A DNA stretch of 64,000 nt, taken from assembly GCA_963845565.1 (NCBI GenBank), contig CAWJSJ010000002.1, positions 1,408,001 through 1,472,000 of the forward strand, read 5' to 3'. The notes beneath the pieces were generated by a model. That model made no database searches, was not told the DNA's origin, and saw only the letters and a list, made by a program, of their open reading frames with translations. The stretch comes from an uncultured Methylomirabilota bacterium (lineage in GTDB: Bacteria; Methylomirabilota; Methylomirabilia; Methylomirabilales; 2-02-FULL-66-22). Shown piece by piece: positions 43,795 to 53,267 of this stretch; position 1 is the first letter of the stretch, and the number at the start of each line of letters is the position of its first letter. Made by a program: the position numbers and the translations under genes.

Positions 43795-45180
43795 CTATTC
43801 CGGCACCGCCGCATCATCCAGCGCTTTCTGGCATTTCTCCAGCGACTCCGCCGGGGACATCTTTCCGCCGATGGCGTAGGCGAAGTGCTCCTTGATGAGA
43901 TCGGTAAGCATGCGGCCGGCGGGCGGGAAGGTTTCCAGCACGGCGCGGCTCATGGCGGCCTTGCGGGCCTCGGGCACCGGGATCTTCTTGGCGTCCGGGT
44001 TGTCGTAGACGGCGATCACCGCGGACTCGTTGCCCTCGACGATCAACTCGCGATAATGCGCCTCGTAGCTGCGCATGTAGTCGAGGAACAGCATGGACGC
44101 GGCCTTCTGGGGGTCGGAGATGTACTTGTTGATCATGTACCCGTCGATGTCGAAGTAGGAGGCGTGGTACTCATCCGGCTTGGAGGCATCCCACTTCGGT
44201 GGCGGGGCCACGGCCCAGTCGTTCTGGATGTTTGGGGCCTTCTTGGGGTCCTGGAAGCGGTTCGCGTCCACGGTGTGCGTCACCACCATGGCGGCCTTGC
44301 CCATGGCAAACATGTCGGACGCGCTCATCCACGAATACTCGAGCACCGAGGACGGCGCGCTCTTGTCCGTCAGCACCATGTCGGCGAGCATCTTCCAGGC
44401 GTTTTTGCCCTCCGGCGTGTTGACGGTGACCCGCTGCTTCTGTAGTTCCACCATCCGACCACCTTGCGAGTAGATCATGTCGCGGAGCGGATAGACGATG
44501 TCCATCTCGCCGCCCGCGGAGAAGACATAGCCCCACACCTTCTCGGTGGTCGCCTTCTTGGCGATCTCCTGCAGTTCGGTCCAGGTCGCCGGCGGCTTCG
44601 ACACGATGGAGGGCCGGTAGAACAGCATCATGGTCTTGACCTGGCCGATCGAGCCATAGATCTTCCCGTCCGGCGCGGTCAGGCCCTTCTTGGTCGGCGG
44701 TGCGTAAAGCTTCCACACGCCCGGGTCGTTCCAGATCGCGTCGATCGGGTGGAGCCAGCCGCCAGCCACCATCTGCATGTAGGTGGTCGGGTGGTCGTAG
44801 CACATGATGTCAACCGACGCACTCTTGGCCGCAAAGATGGACACGGTCTTTGCCACGATCGGTGGCTCCGCCCAGGCAAGCAGCTCGACCTTGATGCCGG
44901 TCAATTGCTCGAAGGCCTTGGCGTTCTGCACGGTCGCGGGATCGTGCTCCAGCGCGCCGAAATTCGACACCTTGATCTTGGTGACGCCCTTCACCGCATC
45001 CTTCCACCCGTCCGGCAGGATGTACTTCTGTCCGCCGACCCGCTCGCCGATCGGCTTTGGCTTGTTCCAGTTGACCTGTTCGTACGCCTTCTTGGCGCCG
45101 GCCCAGGTCGGGGCAGCGGCCAAGACCAGTCCAAGCGCGGCTACCACCGCCACGAGAGTCATCCAGTGCATCCGCTTCAT
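43795..45180 (-). CDS. Carbohydrate ABC transporter substrate-binding protein
   Basis: Signal peptide, TGIKVE, PPATWTEL, FAMGKAAM; upstream of two permeases. Confidence 0.88.
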   Translation of the reverse strand: MKRMHWMTLVAVVAALGLVLAAAPTWAGAKKAYEQVNWNKPKPIGERVGGQKYILPDGWKDAVKGVTKIKVSNFGALEHDPATVQNAKAFEQLTGIKVELLAWAEPPIVAKTVSIFAAKSASVDIMCYDHPTTYMQMVAGGWLHPIDAIWNDPGVWKLYAPPTKKGLTAPDGKIYGSIGQVKTMMLFYRPSIVSKPPATWTELQEIAKKATTEKVWGYVFSAGGEMDIVYPLRDMIYSQGGRMVELQKQRVTVNTPEGKNAWKMLADMVLTDKSAPSSVLEYSWMSASDMFAMGKAAMVVTHTVDANRFQDPKKAPNIQNDWAVAPPPKWDASKPDEYHASYFDIDGYMINKYISDPQKAASMLFLDYMRSYEAHYRELIVEGNESAVIAVYDNPDAKKIPVPEARKAAMSRAVLETFPPAGRMLTDLIKEHFAYAIGGKMSPAESLEKCQKALDDAAVPE

Positions 45181-45654
45181 GTGCGTAACCCCCTTTGCTG
45201 AGGAAAAAATGCGAACCGCCACGACGCTCTGCGAGTCCGCGTCACCCCCTTTCGTCCCCTCTCACCGATGGCCTTTGGATCGTAGCCGACAAATTCTGGC
45301 TCCAAGGCCGTGTCAAAGTCAAGGAGGATCGGCGAGCGGCCCGAATCGCCGACGCGCGCTGCCCGTCTTCTTTCCTCATTCGGTGCCTCCGACACAGCTT
45401 GACAGGCGTGGTGCGATGATCGCCCCCCGCCTGCCGGACCCCGCCGGCATGGGCGTGCGCACCGTGGCAGGCGGGCCGTGAGACCGAGCGAAATGGGGCA
45501 TACCATGCGACCCGCAAATGCCCCTTGCCGAGAGTGGCAGGTCCTCTCTAGCCATGGCATAATACGCGGACGGCTGTTTCATCGAGCGGAGCCGAACCGG
45601 CGAGCCGGTGGTGAGGCGCTCATTTGACACGGCGAATCGCCTCGGGAGGTGCGG

Positions 45655-46319
45655 ATGTTTGCGGGCCATATCGGTGCCGGGCTCGCCATCGGGCGAGCCG
45701 ACCGGCGCATCAATGTCGGGGTCCTGATTTCTGCGGCACTGCTGCTGGATGCTGTGCTCTGGCTCTTCATCTTGCTGGGCTGGGAGTCGGTTTCCATTCC
45801 GGCCGACTTTGCCGCCAGCTACCAGCCGCACTTCAACTTTCCGTACTCGCACAGTCTCTCGGAAGCCTGGCCTGGTCAGTGTTCGCGGCTCTGGCGGCGT
45901 ACTGGTGGCTCCCACGGTCCGGCGGCATGAAGCTGCGCGCCGCCGCGCTCGTCGGCGCGGCGGCATTCTCCCACTGGTTGCTCGATGCGCTCGTTCATGC
46001 GCCGGAGCTGCCGCTTGCGGGGCCTCAATCGAGAATGGTTGGTTTGGGGTTGTGGGATGCCATCCCGCTGGCGCTGACGGTGGAGGGTCTGGTTGTCGCG
46101 GCCGGCCTGTGGTTATATCTGCCGCGCGCGCCGATATCCCGCGGGTCCAAGTGCGGTGTGTTCGCCCTGGGCGCGGTGGCCCTGGGATTTACTATCGTTG
46201 GTATGACGGTCGCGCCGCCGCCACCCTCGGCCGACGCGATGGCGGCCGGTTCGCTGATCACGGTGTTGATCGTGATCGCCTTGGCGTGGTGGTTAGGGAA
46301 GGTGCCCGCCGAGAGTTGA
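45655..46319 (+). pseudogene. Membrane protein (metal-dependent hydrolase-like), frameshift near 45860
   Basis: MFAGH...LLD...PYSHSL in one frame; SHWLLDALVH in the next. Confidence 0.7.
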
Positions 46320-46389
46320 GGCGATCTGGTCAATCAAGCCGACGCCCTTGGGGCGCAGCGCGATTCCAGCGGAGGATCCCTTCTGAACT

Positions 46390-47010
46390 ATGTCGCGACT
46401 CGTCTATTTCATCACCCACCCAAACGTCGTGATCTCCCGCGACCTGCCGGTGCCGCAATGGCCGCTGTCGGACCGCGGGCTATGGCGGATGCGCGAGTCG
46501 CTGAGACAACCGTGGGTCGGGGGAATCAGTGCGATCTATTGCAGCCGTGAGCAGAAGGCGATTGACGGTGCACAGGTTCTTGCCGCGCACCGTTCCCTGA
46601 TCGCGCAGCAGGTGCACGAGTTGGGAGAGAACGACAGGTCATCCACTGGCTTTCTGCCCCCGGCGGAGTTCGAGGAAGTCGCGAATCAGTTCTTCGCGCG
46701 GCCACGCGAATCGGTGTTGGGCTGGGAGCCCGCGGTCAACGCTCAGAGGCGAATCTGTGGTGCGGTCGACTCGATCATCAGCGCCGACAGGAGCGCCGGA
46801 ACGATCGCCATCGTATCCCACGGCGCCGTCGGTACGTTGCTGTTTTGCCACCTCTCTGGCTTCGAAATCAGTCGAAACTGGGACCAGCCCGCCAACGGCG
46901 GCGGAAACTACTTTTCGTTCACCGCCGAGACCCGACGCGTCCTGCATGGTTGGAAGCCGGTCGATGGGCTCGCGCCGACCCAACCGCTCGACGGACCGTC
47001 TCGCCTCTGA
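46390..47010 (+). CDS. Histidine phosphatase family protein
   Basis: FITHP, WPLS, LGENDRS, VSHGAV. Confidence 0.85.
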   Translation: MSRLVYFITHPNVVISRDLPVPQWPLSDRGLWRMRESLRQPWVGGISAIYCSREQKAIDGAQVLAAHRSLIAQQVHELGENDRSSTGFLPPAEFEEVANQFFARPRESVLGWEPAVNAQRRICGAVDSIISADRSAGTIAIVSHGAVGTLLFCHLSGFEISRNWDQPANGGGNYFSFTAETRRVLHGWKPVDGLAPTQPLDGPSRL

Positions 47011-47073
47011 CGCGAGATCGCCCTGGCATCTTGGTCGCGCCGACTCCGACTGGATCGGCATCCATGGTGGGTG

Positions 47074-47565
47074 TCATTTCATCGGTCCGACCGGCGTCCA
47101 GCCGCCGGGATTGCAGAGCGTTCCTTCCGCCTCGGCGATGAGGCCCAGCGAGATGTCGTGGCGGCCGCCGTCGTAGGGGGTGGCGAGCCAGGTCTCCAGG
47201 ATGTCCAGCGCCTCCAGATACCCGGTGATGCGTCCACCCAGGCAGAGCAGGTTGGAGTTGTTGTGCGCCCGGGTCATCTTGCCCATGTACGTGCTGGTAC
47301 ACAGCGACGCGCGCACCCCCTTGAAGCGGTTGGCGATGATGCTCATGCCGATGCCCGTCGAGCAGATCAGGATCCCGCGCTCGATCTCGCCGCGCGAGAC
47401 GGCGCCGGCCACCCGTGCCGCGTAATGCGGATAGCGGACGATTTCGCCGGAATAGGAACCGACGTGCTCCGCCGGAATGCCCTTCTCGCCCAGGAACTTC
47501 AGGACGTGGGGGATAAGATCGTACCCGCCGTGGTCGTTGCCGATCAGGATCGTCTTCGGGTCCAT
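47074..47565 (-). CDS. rpiB: Ribose-5-phosphate isomerase B
   Basis: GNDHGG, LICSTGIGMSI, RAHNNSN, GGRH. Confidence 0.93.
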   Translation of the reverse strand: MDPKTILIGNDHGGYDLIPHVLKFLGEKGIPAEHVGSYSGEIVRYPHYAARVAGAVSRGEIERGILICSTGIGMSIIANRFKGVRASLCTSTYMGKMTRAHNNSNLLCLGGRITGYLEALDILETWLATPYDGGRHDISLGLIAEAEGTLCNPGGWTPVGPMK

Positions 47566-47582
47566 ATCGTCCTCCGTGATGA

Positions 47583-47680
47583 GCCACAAGAAGCACAAGG
47601 GGCACAAGGTATGGGCCAAACGTCAAAGTAATGGCCCGCAGGCATTCCTCAACGGGTGTGCTTCTTGTGCGTCTTGTGGC
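47583..47680. repeat. Nonamer tandem repeats in inverted arrangement
   Basis: (gcacaagaa)x3-like at 47583-47609 and the complement at 47657-47680. Confidence 0.75.
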
Positions 47681-47703
47681 CAATTCGTTCGGGTGCTCTT
47701 GGG

Positions 47704-48522
47704 CTACCCCTCCTTCGGGATGAACTTCCGCAGATGCCGGATCGCCTGGCGGGCGGCGGAGTCCGGGTCCGGCTTGGGCAGGATCTCCACCGACGTCCAG
47801 CCGCGGTAGCCGACCGCGTTCAGCGCGCCCACGATCGAGCCGAAATCGAGGTGGCCCCAGCCGGGGGCCAGGCGGTTGCTGTCGGCGAAATGAACGTAGG
47901 CGATGTGGGCGATGTACTTCGTGAGGTTGCCCTCGATCGAGACGTCCTCGATGTTCATGTGGAATACGTCCGGCATGAGCTTCAGCCCGGGGATGGCGAG
48001 CCGCTCCATGAGGGCCGCCCCCTCGTCCACGCTGTTGATGAAGTTGATCTCGTACCGGTTGACCGGCTCCAGGATCAGGTCCACCCCCTTGGGACGCGCG
48101 TAGGCGGCGATCTCGCGAACCGCCTCGCCGAAGCGGCCCTCGGCAAGCTCGGCCGTCTCCCCTTCGGCGATGAAGCCGCGCACCCGCCCCATGTTCACCA
48201 TGGCCTGGAAGCGCGCGGCGACGTCCACCAGCCCCTTGAAGATCTCCACGGCCCGCCGCCGCTTGGCCGCATCCGGATCGGTGAGCCAGAGCTTGTGCCC
48301 GGCGAAGACCTGGCCGGTGGAGACGACGGGGATCTCCAGGCCGTATTCCCGGATCAGGCGCTCCACCCGCTCCACGCTCACCTGGTCCTTGTCCATCAGG
48401 GCCAGCTCGATCCCGTCGTAGCCCATTTCGGCGGCTTTCCGGATGCTCTCCTCGATCCCGCGGAAGACGACGAACGCCGTGGGGAGGGCATCCTCGGTGG
48501 CGATGGCGACTGCAATCTTCAT
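47704..48522 (-). CDS. Sugar phosphate isomerase/epimerase (IolO-like TIM barrel)
   Basis: GYDGIEL, LEPVNRYE, DVFHMNIE, HFADSNR. Confidence 0.9.
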   Translation of the reverse strand: MKIAVAIATEDALPTAFVVFRGIEESIRKAAEMGYDGIELALMDKDQVSVERVERLIREYGLEIPVVSTGQVFAGHKLWLTDPDAAKRRRAVEIFKGLVDVAARFQAMVNMGRVRGFIAEGETAELAEGRFGEAVREIAAYARPKGVDLILEPVNRYEINFINSVDEGAALMERLAIPGLKLMPDVFHMNIEDVSIEGNLTKYIAHIAYVHFADSNRLAPGWGHLDFGSIVGALNAVGYRGWTSVEILPKPDPDSAARQAIRHLRKFIPKEG

Positions 48523-48536
48523 TTGATCACCTCCGG

Positions 48537-49328
48537 TCAATCCAGGGGGACGTTCGTGTGGCCCTCCGCGACATACTGCTCGTAGTCGGCCTGGTAGTTC
48601 CGCCGGACCGTCGGGGTGACCACCAGCAGATCGATGGAGACATGTTCGGGCTGACTCGCCACGTAAATGACCGCGGCAGCGATATCTTCCGGCCTGAGCA
48701 TCTGGGCCAGATCGGCCTTGGCGGGGGGGCGCGGCCGGAGGTCCAGATTGGGCGTGTCCACCTCGCCGGGGGCGATCACGCAGGCTTTGATGCCGTGGCG
48801 CCGCTCCTCCAGGTTGATCGAGCCGGTGAGCGCATGGACGCCATGCTTGGACGCCGAATACGCGACGCCACCCGGCGCGCTCGGAGTCAATCCCGCGCCG
48901 GACGAGATGTTGATGATGTGGCCGGTCCCTGCGGCACGCATGTGGGGGAGGGCGTACCGGGTGAAGAGAAACGCGCCGGTGAGATTCGTGTCCAGGACGC
49001 GTCGCCAGTCGGGGACGGAGGTATCGGCCAGGTTCCGGTGGAAGGTGTTGACGCCTGCGTTGTTGACGAGGATGTGAATACGGCCGAAGCGGCTCAGCGT
49101 CTCTTCGACCGTTCGCTTGGCGAGCGCAGGGTCGGCCACATCCCCGGGGAAGACGAGGACCTCCGACCCGCGGGCCCGGGCCAACGCCGCCGTCTCATCC
49201 AGCCGATCGGCCCGGCGCGCCACCAGCCCGAGGTTCGCCCCCTCCGCCGCCAACCCGACAGCGATGGCCTGCCCCATGCCGCTGCTCGCGCCCGTCACCA
49301 CGACGATCTTCCCCTGCAGGCACCCCAT
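48537..49328 (-). CDS. SDR family oxidoreductase
   Basis: TGASSGMG, NNAG, YSASK. Confidence 0.93.
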   Translation of the reverse strand: MGCLQGKIVVVTGASSGMGQAIAVGLAAEGANLGLVARRADRLDETAALARARGSEVLVFPGDVADPALAKRTVEETLSRFGRIHILVNNAGVNTFHRNLADTSVPDWRRVLDTNLTGAFLFTRYALPHMRAAGTGHIINISSGAGLTPSAPGGVAYSASKHGVHALTGSINLEERRHGIKACVIAPGEVDTPNLDLRPRPPAKADLAQMLRPEDIAAAVIYVASQPEHVSIDLLVVTPTVRRNYQADYEQYVAEGHTNVPLD

Positions 49329-49645
49329 GTGGCAGTCTCCTCTATTCTTTGACAACGGCTCAGTGACGCTCCGGCCCGACCGTGCCGACGGACACGGTCG
49401 GGCCGGCGAATTTCGGGCAGTATAGCAAGAATCGATCGGCTTGCGCAAAAGCTCTCTGCACGCAGGCGTTGCATCGCGGCCCGGATTCCGGTAGCCTCTT
49501 TCCAGGGCTACCCTCTTTGCCGGGCGTCCATCCCGACGCCTCCTCGCCCGGCAACGGCAAATCGCGCGAAGCGAGCGGCCGCGCCATTGATCGGTCGGCT
49601 GCCGGCGAGATCGCGTGTGTGTTCTGCGGTAACATGGAGATCGTC

Positions 49646-50020
49646 ATGTCCAAACAATCCATGGACCAAACGGGGACGCAGCCGGAAATCCGGGAGACCT
49701 CCGATCGTCTCATGGTCATCCTGGGGCAGGCGCTCGTCGACGAGCTGGAGAAAGCCCAGCAAGAGGGCGGGAACGTCCTGGCCTGGCAGTTCGGGTCTCT
49801 CGACGCGCTGACGAAGCATCTCTCGGGGTCGCTCGCGGCCATCGTGACGCTTCTCAAGGGGCTCAACCCGCCCCAGAAGGATTTCGTCCTGTTCCGGCAA
49901 CGCGTGCACCGGCAGCTCCAGCCTGCTGTGCTCGCGTTGCTGAATGTAGAACTGGGCAAAATTGGCGCCCAGGGCAAGCTCCCCTGGCCGCACGAGGGGG
50001 AGAAGGGCGGACACGCTTAG
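49646..50020 (+). CDS. Hypothetical protein
   Basis: GGAG RBS, helical protein-like composition; stop codon lies in the end of a family 2 repeat. Confidence 0.65.
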   Translation: MSKQSMDQTGTQPEIRETSDRLMVILGQALVDELEKAQQEGGNVLAWQFGSLDALTKHLSGSLAAIVTLLKGLNPPQKDFVLFRQRVHRQLQPAVLALLNVELGKIGAQGKLPWPHEGEKGGHA

Positions 50021-50121
50021 GAGCCGTTACGAAATCGCTTGTCCATTTGTTGTAATTTCGTTACGGCTCCTTATGCCGTTCCCAAAATTCTCCGGTCAAG
50101 TTATTCTTTGACAACGGCTTA
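50017..50121. repeat. Palindromic repeat family 2, copy 2 (105 bp)
   Basis: Near-identical to 22727-22831. Confidence 0.9.
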
Positions 50122-50149
50122 GACGCTGCGACCCGAGTTCACCCGTTCG

Positions 50150-50178
50150 TTGACCGAACCGGGCCAATCTCGTATAGT
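50150..50178 (+). promoter_or_regulatory. Sigma70-like promoter of the glutaredoxin-like gene
   Basis: TTGACC-17 bp-TATAGT. Confidence 0.6.
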
Positions 50179-50249
50179 GCCTTCCGGGATTGCGGCGTGT
50201 CGCGCGGCGCCGGGGAATTGGTCAACCGTTCGTCTGTGTGGAGGGTGCG

Positions 50250-50486
50250 ATGGCGAAGAACGTAGTCGTGTACTCCCAACCTGGGTGAGGGGCCTGTGAC
50301 CGAGAGAAAGAGTTTCTTTCTCAACACGGTGTTTCGTTCGTGGCCAAAGATATCCGCGCGGACCAGGCCGCGCTCCAGGAATTGGTGAAGCTGGGGTTTC
50401 GGGCCACGCCGGTGGCCGTGATCGATGGTGAGGCGGTGGTAGGTTTTGATCGGGAGAAGCTCCAGAAGTTGCTCGGCCTTGCTTAG
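50250..50486 (+). CDS. Glutaredoxin/NrdH-like selenoprotein (78 aa, UxxC), absent from the ORF track
   Basis: GGAGG RBS; MAKNVVVYSQPG[TGA]GACDREKEFL...FRATPVAVIDGEAVVGFDREKL; TGA at 50286-50288. Confidence 0.88.
50304..50322 (+). promoter_or_regulatory. Putative bacterial SECIS hairpin
   Basis: gagaaaga-GTT-tctttctc; loop G is 24 nt after the TGA. Confidence 0.75.
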
Positions 50487-50645
50487 CAGGCTGCTCAAAA
50501 AAGCCCATCTGCTGCGTTGGCGCGCTCGGGCTCACTGCGGCGTACCTCCAGTACGCCTCGCTCGGCCCGATCAGGATGGGTGCCGCCTTGCATCTGGACC
50601 TTTTTGAGCAGCCTGGGCGAATACGGGTTGTTCAGCATCCTGCTA
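50487..50645 (+). repeat. Palindromic repeat family 1, copy D (core to 50615 plus tail)
   Basis: (tag)caggctgctcaaaaaagcccatctg...gagcagcctg...ttcagcatcctgcta. Confidence 0.9.
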
Positions 50646-50679
50646 GAGGGCCTTGCTGCAGGGGCCGGGTGGCCGGGAC

Positions 50680-51660
50680 ATGGCGAAGCTCTGGGCTTGC
50701 TGTCTCTGCGGTCTGCTGGTTCTTCCGCTGGTCGGGGCGGACGCTGCGTCCGCCGCCACCGTGTTCGATCAGGCGGCGCTGCAGCGCGAGTTGTCGCGGC
50801 CGGTCCTGGACGTGCATCGGCAGGGACCCGAGGCGCTCCGACTTCACGTCCAAGGCTTGGCGGAACTCTATAGCGGCCTGGACACGGCGCAAGAGGTTTC
50901 GCCGGAGGAGCGGCGCGCCCTGGGAGACCGCATCCTGGCCCGAGTGGCCCAGGCGAGTCTTCTTCTGCGCGCCGAGGGCCCAGGTCCGACCAGGACCGAC
51001 AAGCTTAACGGCGACATGGTGCGTCCGGCGGCGTTGATCCCCGCCGGCCGGCCGGAAGGTTTTCTCGCGGACCGGTCGTTCCTTCTGCTGGGCCTGCTGG
51101 GCGGTGTGATCATTGCCTTCTCGCTGGGGAGCCTGACCGGCTATCGGCGCGGGGCGCGGCAGGCGTCGTATTACGGCGAGGGAGATCCGCGCAGATTGTT
51201 CATCGCCCGCTCCCAAGGTGGCGCGAGACCCGCCGGCCGTCCGGTGCGGATCACCCAGGATCAGATCCGGAAAGCGCTGATTTCCGGGCGGACGGTCCTG
51301 ATGCAGCTCGGATACGAGATCGCACCGGACCGGCGCGGGGAATTCCTAACCTTGCTCCGGGAGATGCAAGAGATCCTCAACGGCGTGGAGGGGCACGCCC
51401 ATTCGGTCTGGGAAGACCCCCGCCACCCGAACCGCTTCTATGAGCTCGTCACCTGCCATCGGCTGGACGCCCTCGATCTTCTGACGAGTGACCGCAACGA
51501 ACTGGCCGGCCTGGACGCCAAGATCGAGGCATGCTGGCTTCCCGGGCGGCCGGTTCTGCGCCGGGCGTGGTGGGGGGTGCTGCCGGCACGCGGCGCCCGG
51601 CCGGGGCACTTCGGTATTCCGGAATCCGCGGGCCAGGCCCGGGGGGACGCACCATCGTGA
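50680..51660 (+). CDS. Hypothetical single-pass membrane protein
   Basis: Signal peptide, central TM helix (FLLLGLLGGVIIAFSLG), soluble C-terminal domain; overlaps the uppS start. Confidence 0.7.
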   Translation: MAKLWACCLCGLLVLPLVGADAASAATVFDQAALQRELSRPVLDVHRQGPEALRLHVQGLAELYSGLDTAQEVSPEERRALGDRILARVAQASLLLRAEGPGPTRTDKLNGDMVRPAALIPAGRPEGFLADRSFLLLGLLGGVIIAFSLGSLTGYRRGARQASYYGEGDPRRLFIARSQGGARPAGRPVRITQDQIRKALISGRTVLMQLGYEIAPDRRGEFLTLLREMQEILNGVEGHAHSVWEDPRHPNRFYELVTCHRLDALDLLTSDRNELAGLDAKIEACWLPGRPVLRRAWWGVLPARGARPGHFGIPESAGQARGDAPS

Positions 51661-52436
51661 AGTTTCGCCGACTCCTCTATCGCGTGTACGAGAAGCGCCT
51701 CGACGCGGAGATCCAGCGGAGCAAGCTGCCGCAGCACGTCGGACTCATCCTGGACGGCAACCGCCGCTACGCGCGCTCGATCGGCCTGATGGATATCGTG
51801 GAGGGACACCGCCTGGGCGCCAACAAGCTGGACGACGTGCTCACCTGGTGCGAAGAGCTGGGGATCCGGATGGTGAGCATCTGGATTCTGTCCACGGAGA
51901 ATCTCCAGCGGCCGCCCGACGAGGTGGCGGGGCTGGTCGAACTGATCGGGAATCGGCTGCGGGGCGCGGCGCAGGATCCGAGAACGCACCGGAAGCGGAT
52001 GCGCATCCGGGCCATCGGAAAGCTGGAAATCCTGCCCGAGTCGTTGCGCGATGCCATCCGGGAGGCGGAGGAGGCAACCCGGGAGTACGACGGCTTCTTC
52101 CTGAACGTGGCGGTGGGCTACGGCGGCCGGCAGGAGATCGTGGACGCGGTGCAGGGCTTGCTCCGGGAGCGGCTGGCGCGCGGGACGGGTCTGGAGGCCG
52201 CCATCGAGGAGGTGACCCCGGAGAACCTCGAGAAGTATCTTTACACCTACGAACTGCCCGATCCCGACCTGATCATCCGGACCAGCGGCGAGGTGCGCCT
52301 CTCCGGGTTCCTGCTCTGGCAGAGCGCCTACAGCGAGTTCTACTTCTGCGACGCGTACTGGCCCGCCTTCCGCCGGATCGACCTGCTGCGGGCGATTCGG
52401 AGCTACCAGCAGCGGGAGCGGCGGTTCGGCTTCTGA
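51657..52436 (+). CDS. uppS: cis-prenyltransferase (isoprenyl transferase)
   Basis: HVGLILDGNRR, STEN, YGGRQEI, IRTSGEVRLSGFLLWQ. Confidence 0.93.
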   Translation: MKFRRLLYRVYEKRLDAEIQRSKLPQHVGLILDGNRRYARSIGLMDIVEGHRLGANKLDDVLTWCEELGIRMVSIWILSTENLQRPPDEVAGLVELIGNRLRGAAQDPRTHRKRMRIRAIGKLEILPESLRDAIREAEEATREYDGFFLNVAVGYGGRQEIVDAVQGLLRERLARGTGLEAAIEEVTPENLEKYLYTYELPDPDLIIRTSGEVRLSGFLLWQSAYSEFYFCDAYWPAFRRIDLLRAIRSYQQRERRFGF

Positions 52437-52562
52437 CGGGCTGCTGAAAAAGGCCCATCTGCGGCGTTGGCCCGCCTCGGCACTCGCTGCGACGTACCTC
52501 CAGTACGCCTCGCTCGGCCCTCCGGCGTGCCGCCTTGCATCTGGGCCTTTTTGAGCAGCCTG
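52437..52562 (+). repeat. Palindromic repeat family 1, copy E
   Basis: gggctgctgaaaaaggcccatctg...gggcctttttgagcagcctg. Confidence 0.9.
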
Positions 52563-52628
52563 GGCGAAGACGGGTTCTTCGCTTCCTGCCGAAGCGGGCC
52601 GGCAACCAACCGAATCGTGTCTTCCCTG

Positions 52629-52943
52629 TCAGGCGGCCTCGTTGAACCAGCGCTGGAGGATCACCTTGATGGTGGCTTCGGGCGCTGCGGCGGCGTACAC
52701 GCCGTCCGTCATCCCCTCCAGCCCGCGGACTTGATACAGGGTGACGTTCCGGCGCTCCCCCTCGCCGAGGAATCGGGGAAACCAGGCCAGGTCGCAGAAC
52801 CGATAGAGCGGGGCGGCGGGCAGGATTCCCGTTCCGACCGCCACCTCCCGGTGCCGGGCTGTAAGCCTGGCCTGCGGGCTCCGGCCCCTGGCAGCCTCGA
52901 ATTCGGTTGACGACTCAACCTCCCAGACGTTGACCGCCCCCAT
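52629..52943 (-). CDS. Hypothetical protein
   Basis: GAGGAGG RBS before ATG; 104 aa. Confidence 0.65.
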   Translation of the reverse strand: MGAVNVWEVESSTEFEAARGRSPQARLTARHREVAVGTGILPAAPLYRFCDLAWFPRFLGEGERRNVTLYQVRGLEGMTDGVYAAAAPEATIKVILQRWFNEAA

Positions 52944-53058
52944 GAGGATCCTCCTCGAGGAAGACTGCGGTGGTCGCGGGGCAGGCCCCGAAGCCGTGGC
53001 GCCGCCGTGCCGGTGCGCGCCGCCGCGGTTCGGGTCGCCGTTAAGAGTCCAGCAGGAA

Positions 53059-53087
53059 CGCCAAGACCGCCCGAGGCGGTCTTGGCG
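53059..53087 (-). terminator. Hairpin downstream of the tRNA
   Basis: cgccaagaccgcc/ggcggtcttggcg perfect 13-bp stem. Confidence 0.7.
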
Positions 53088-53100
53088 AACAGAATCACGA

Positions 53101-53178
53101 TGGCGTGCCCGAGGCGATTTGAACGCCTGATCTTCGGCTCCGCAGGCCGACGCTCTATCCAGGCTGAGCTACGGGCAC
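53101..53178 (-). tRNA. tRNA-Arg(GCG)
   Basis: Reverse complement gtgcccgtagctcagcctggatagagcgtcggcctGCGgagccgaagatcaggcgttcaaatcgcctcgggcacgCCA folds into a full cloverleaf with encoded CCA. Confidence 0.95.
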
Positions 53179-53267
53179 ATGAGTCAAGAGCGAACTCTGG
53201 AAGGGAAAACCAAGGGGCATCTTAGCATTCGGACGCGGCGCCCGTCCAGTAAAAGCTGACGCCCCGA

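Noticed and set aside
49555..49606. c-di-GMP-I riboswitch-like start (GGCAAA...gctgccg)
   Set aside because: Lacks the GAAA-capped stem, the second GCAAA and the CTAA receptor elements.
53101..53178. tRNA as the attachment site of a genomic island
   Set aside because: No integrase and no duplicated tRNA 3' end seen in the window.
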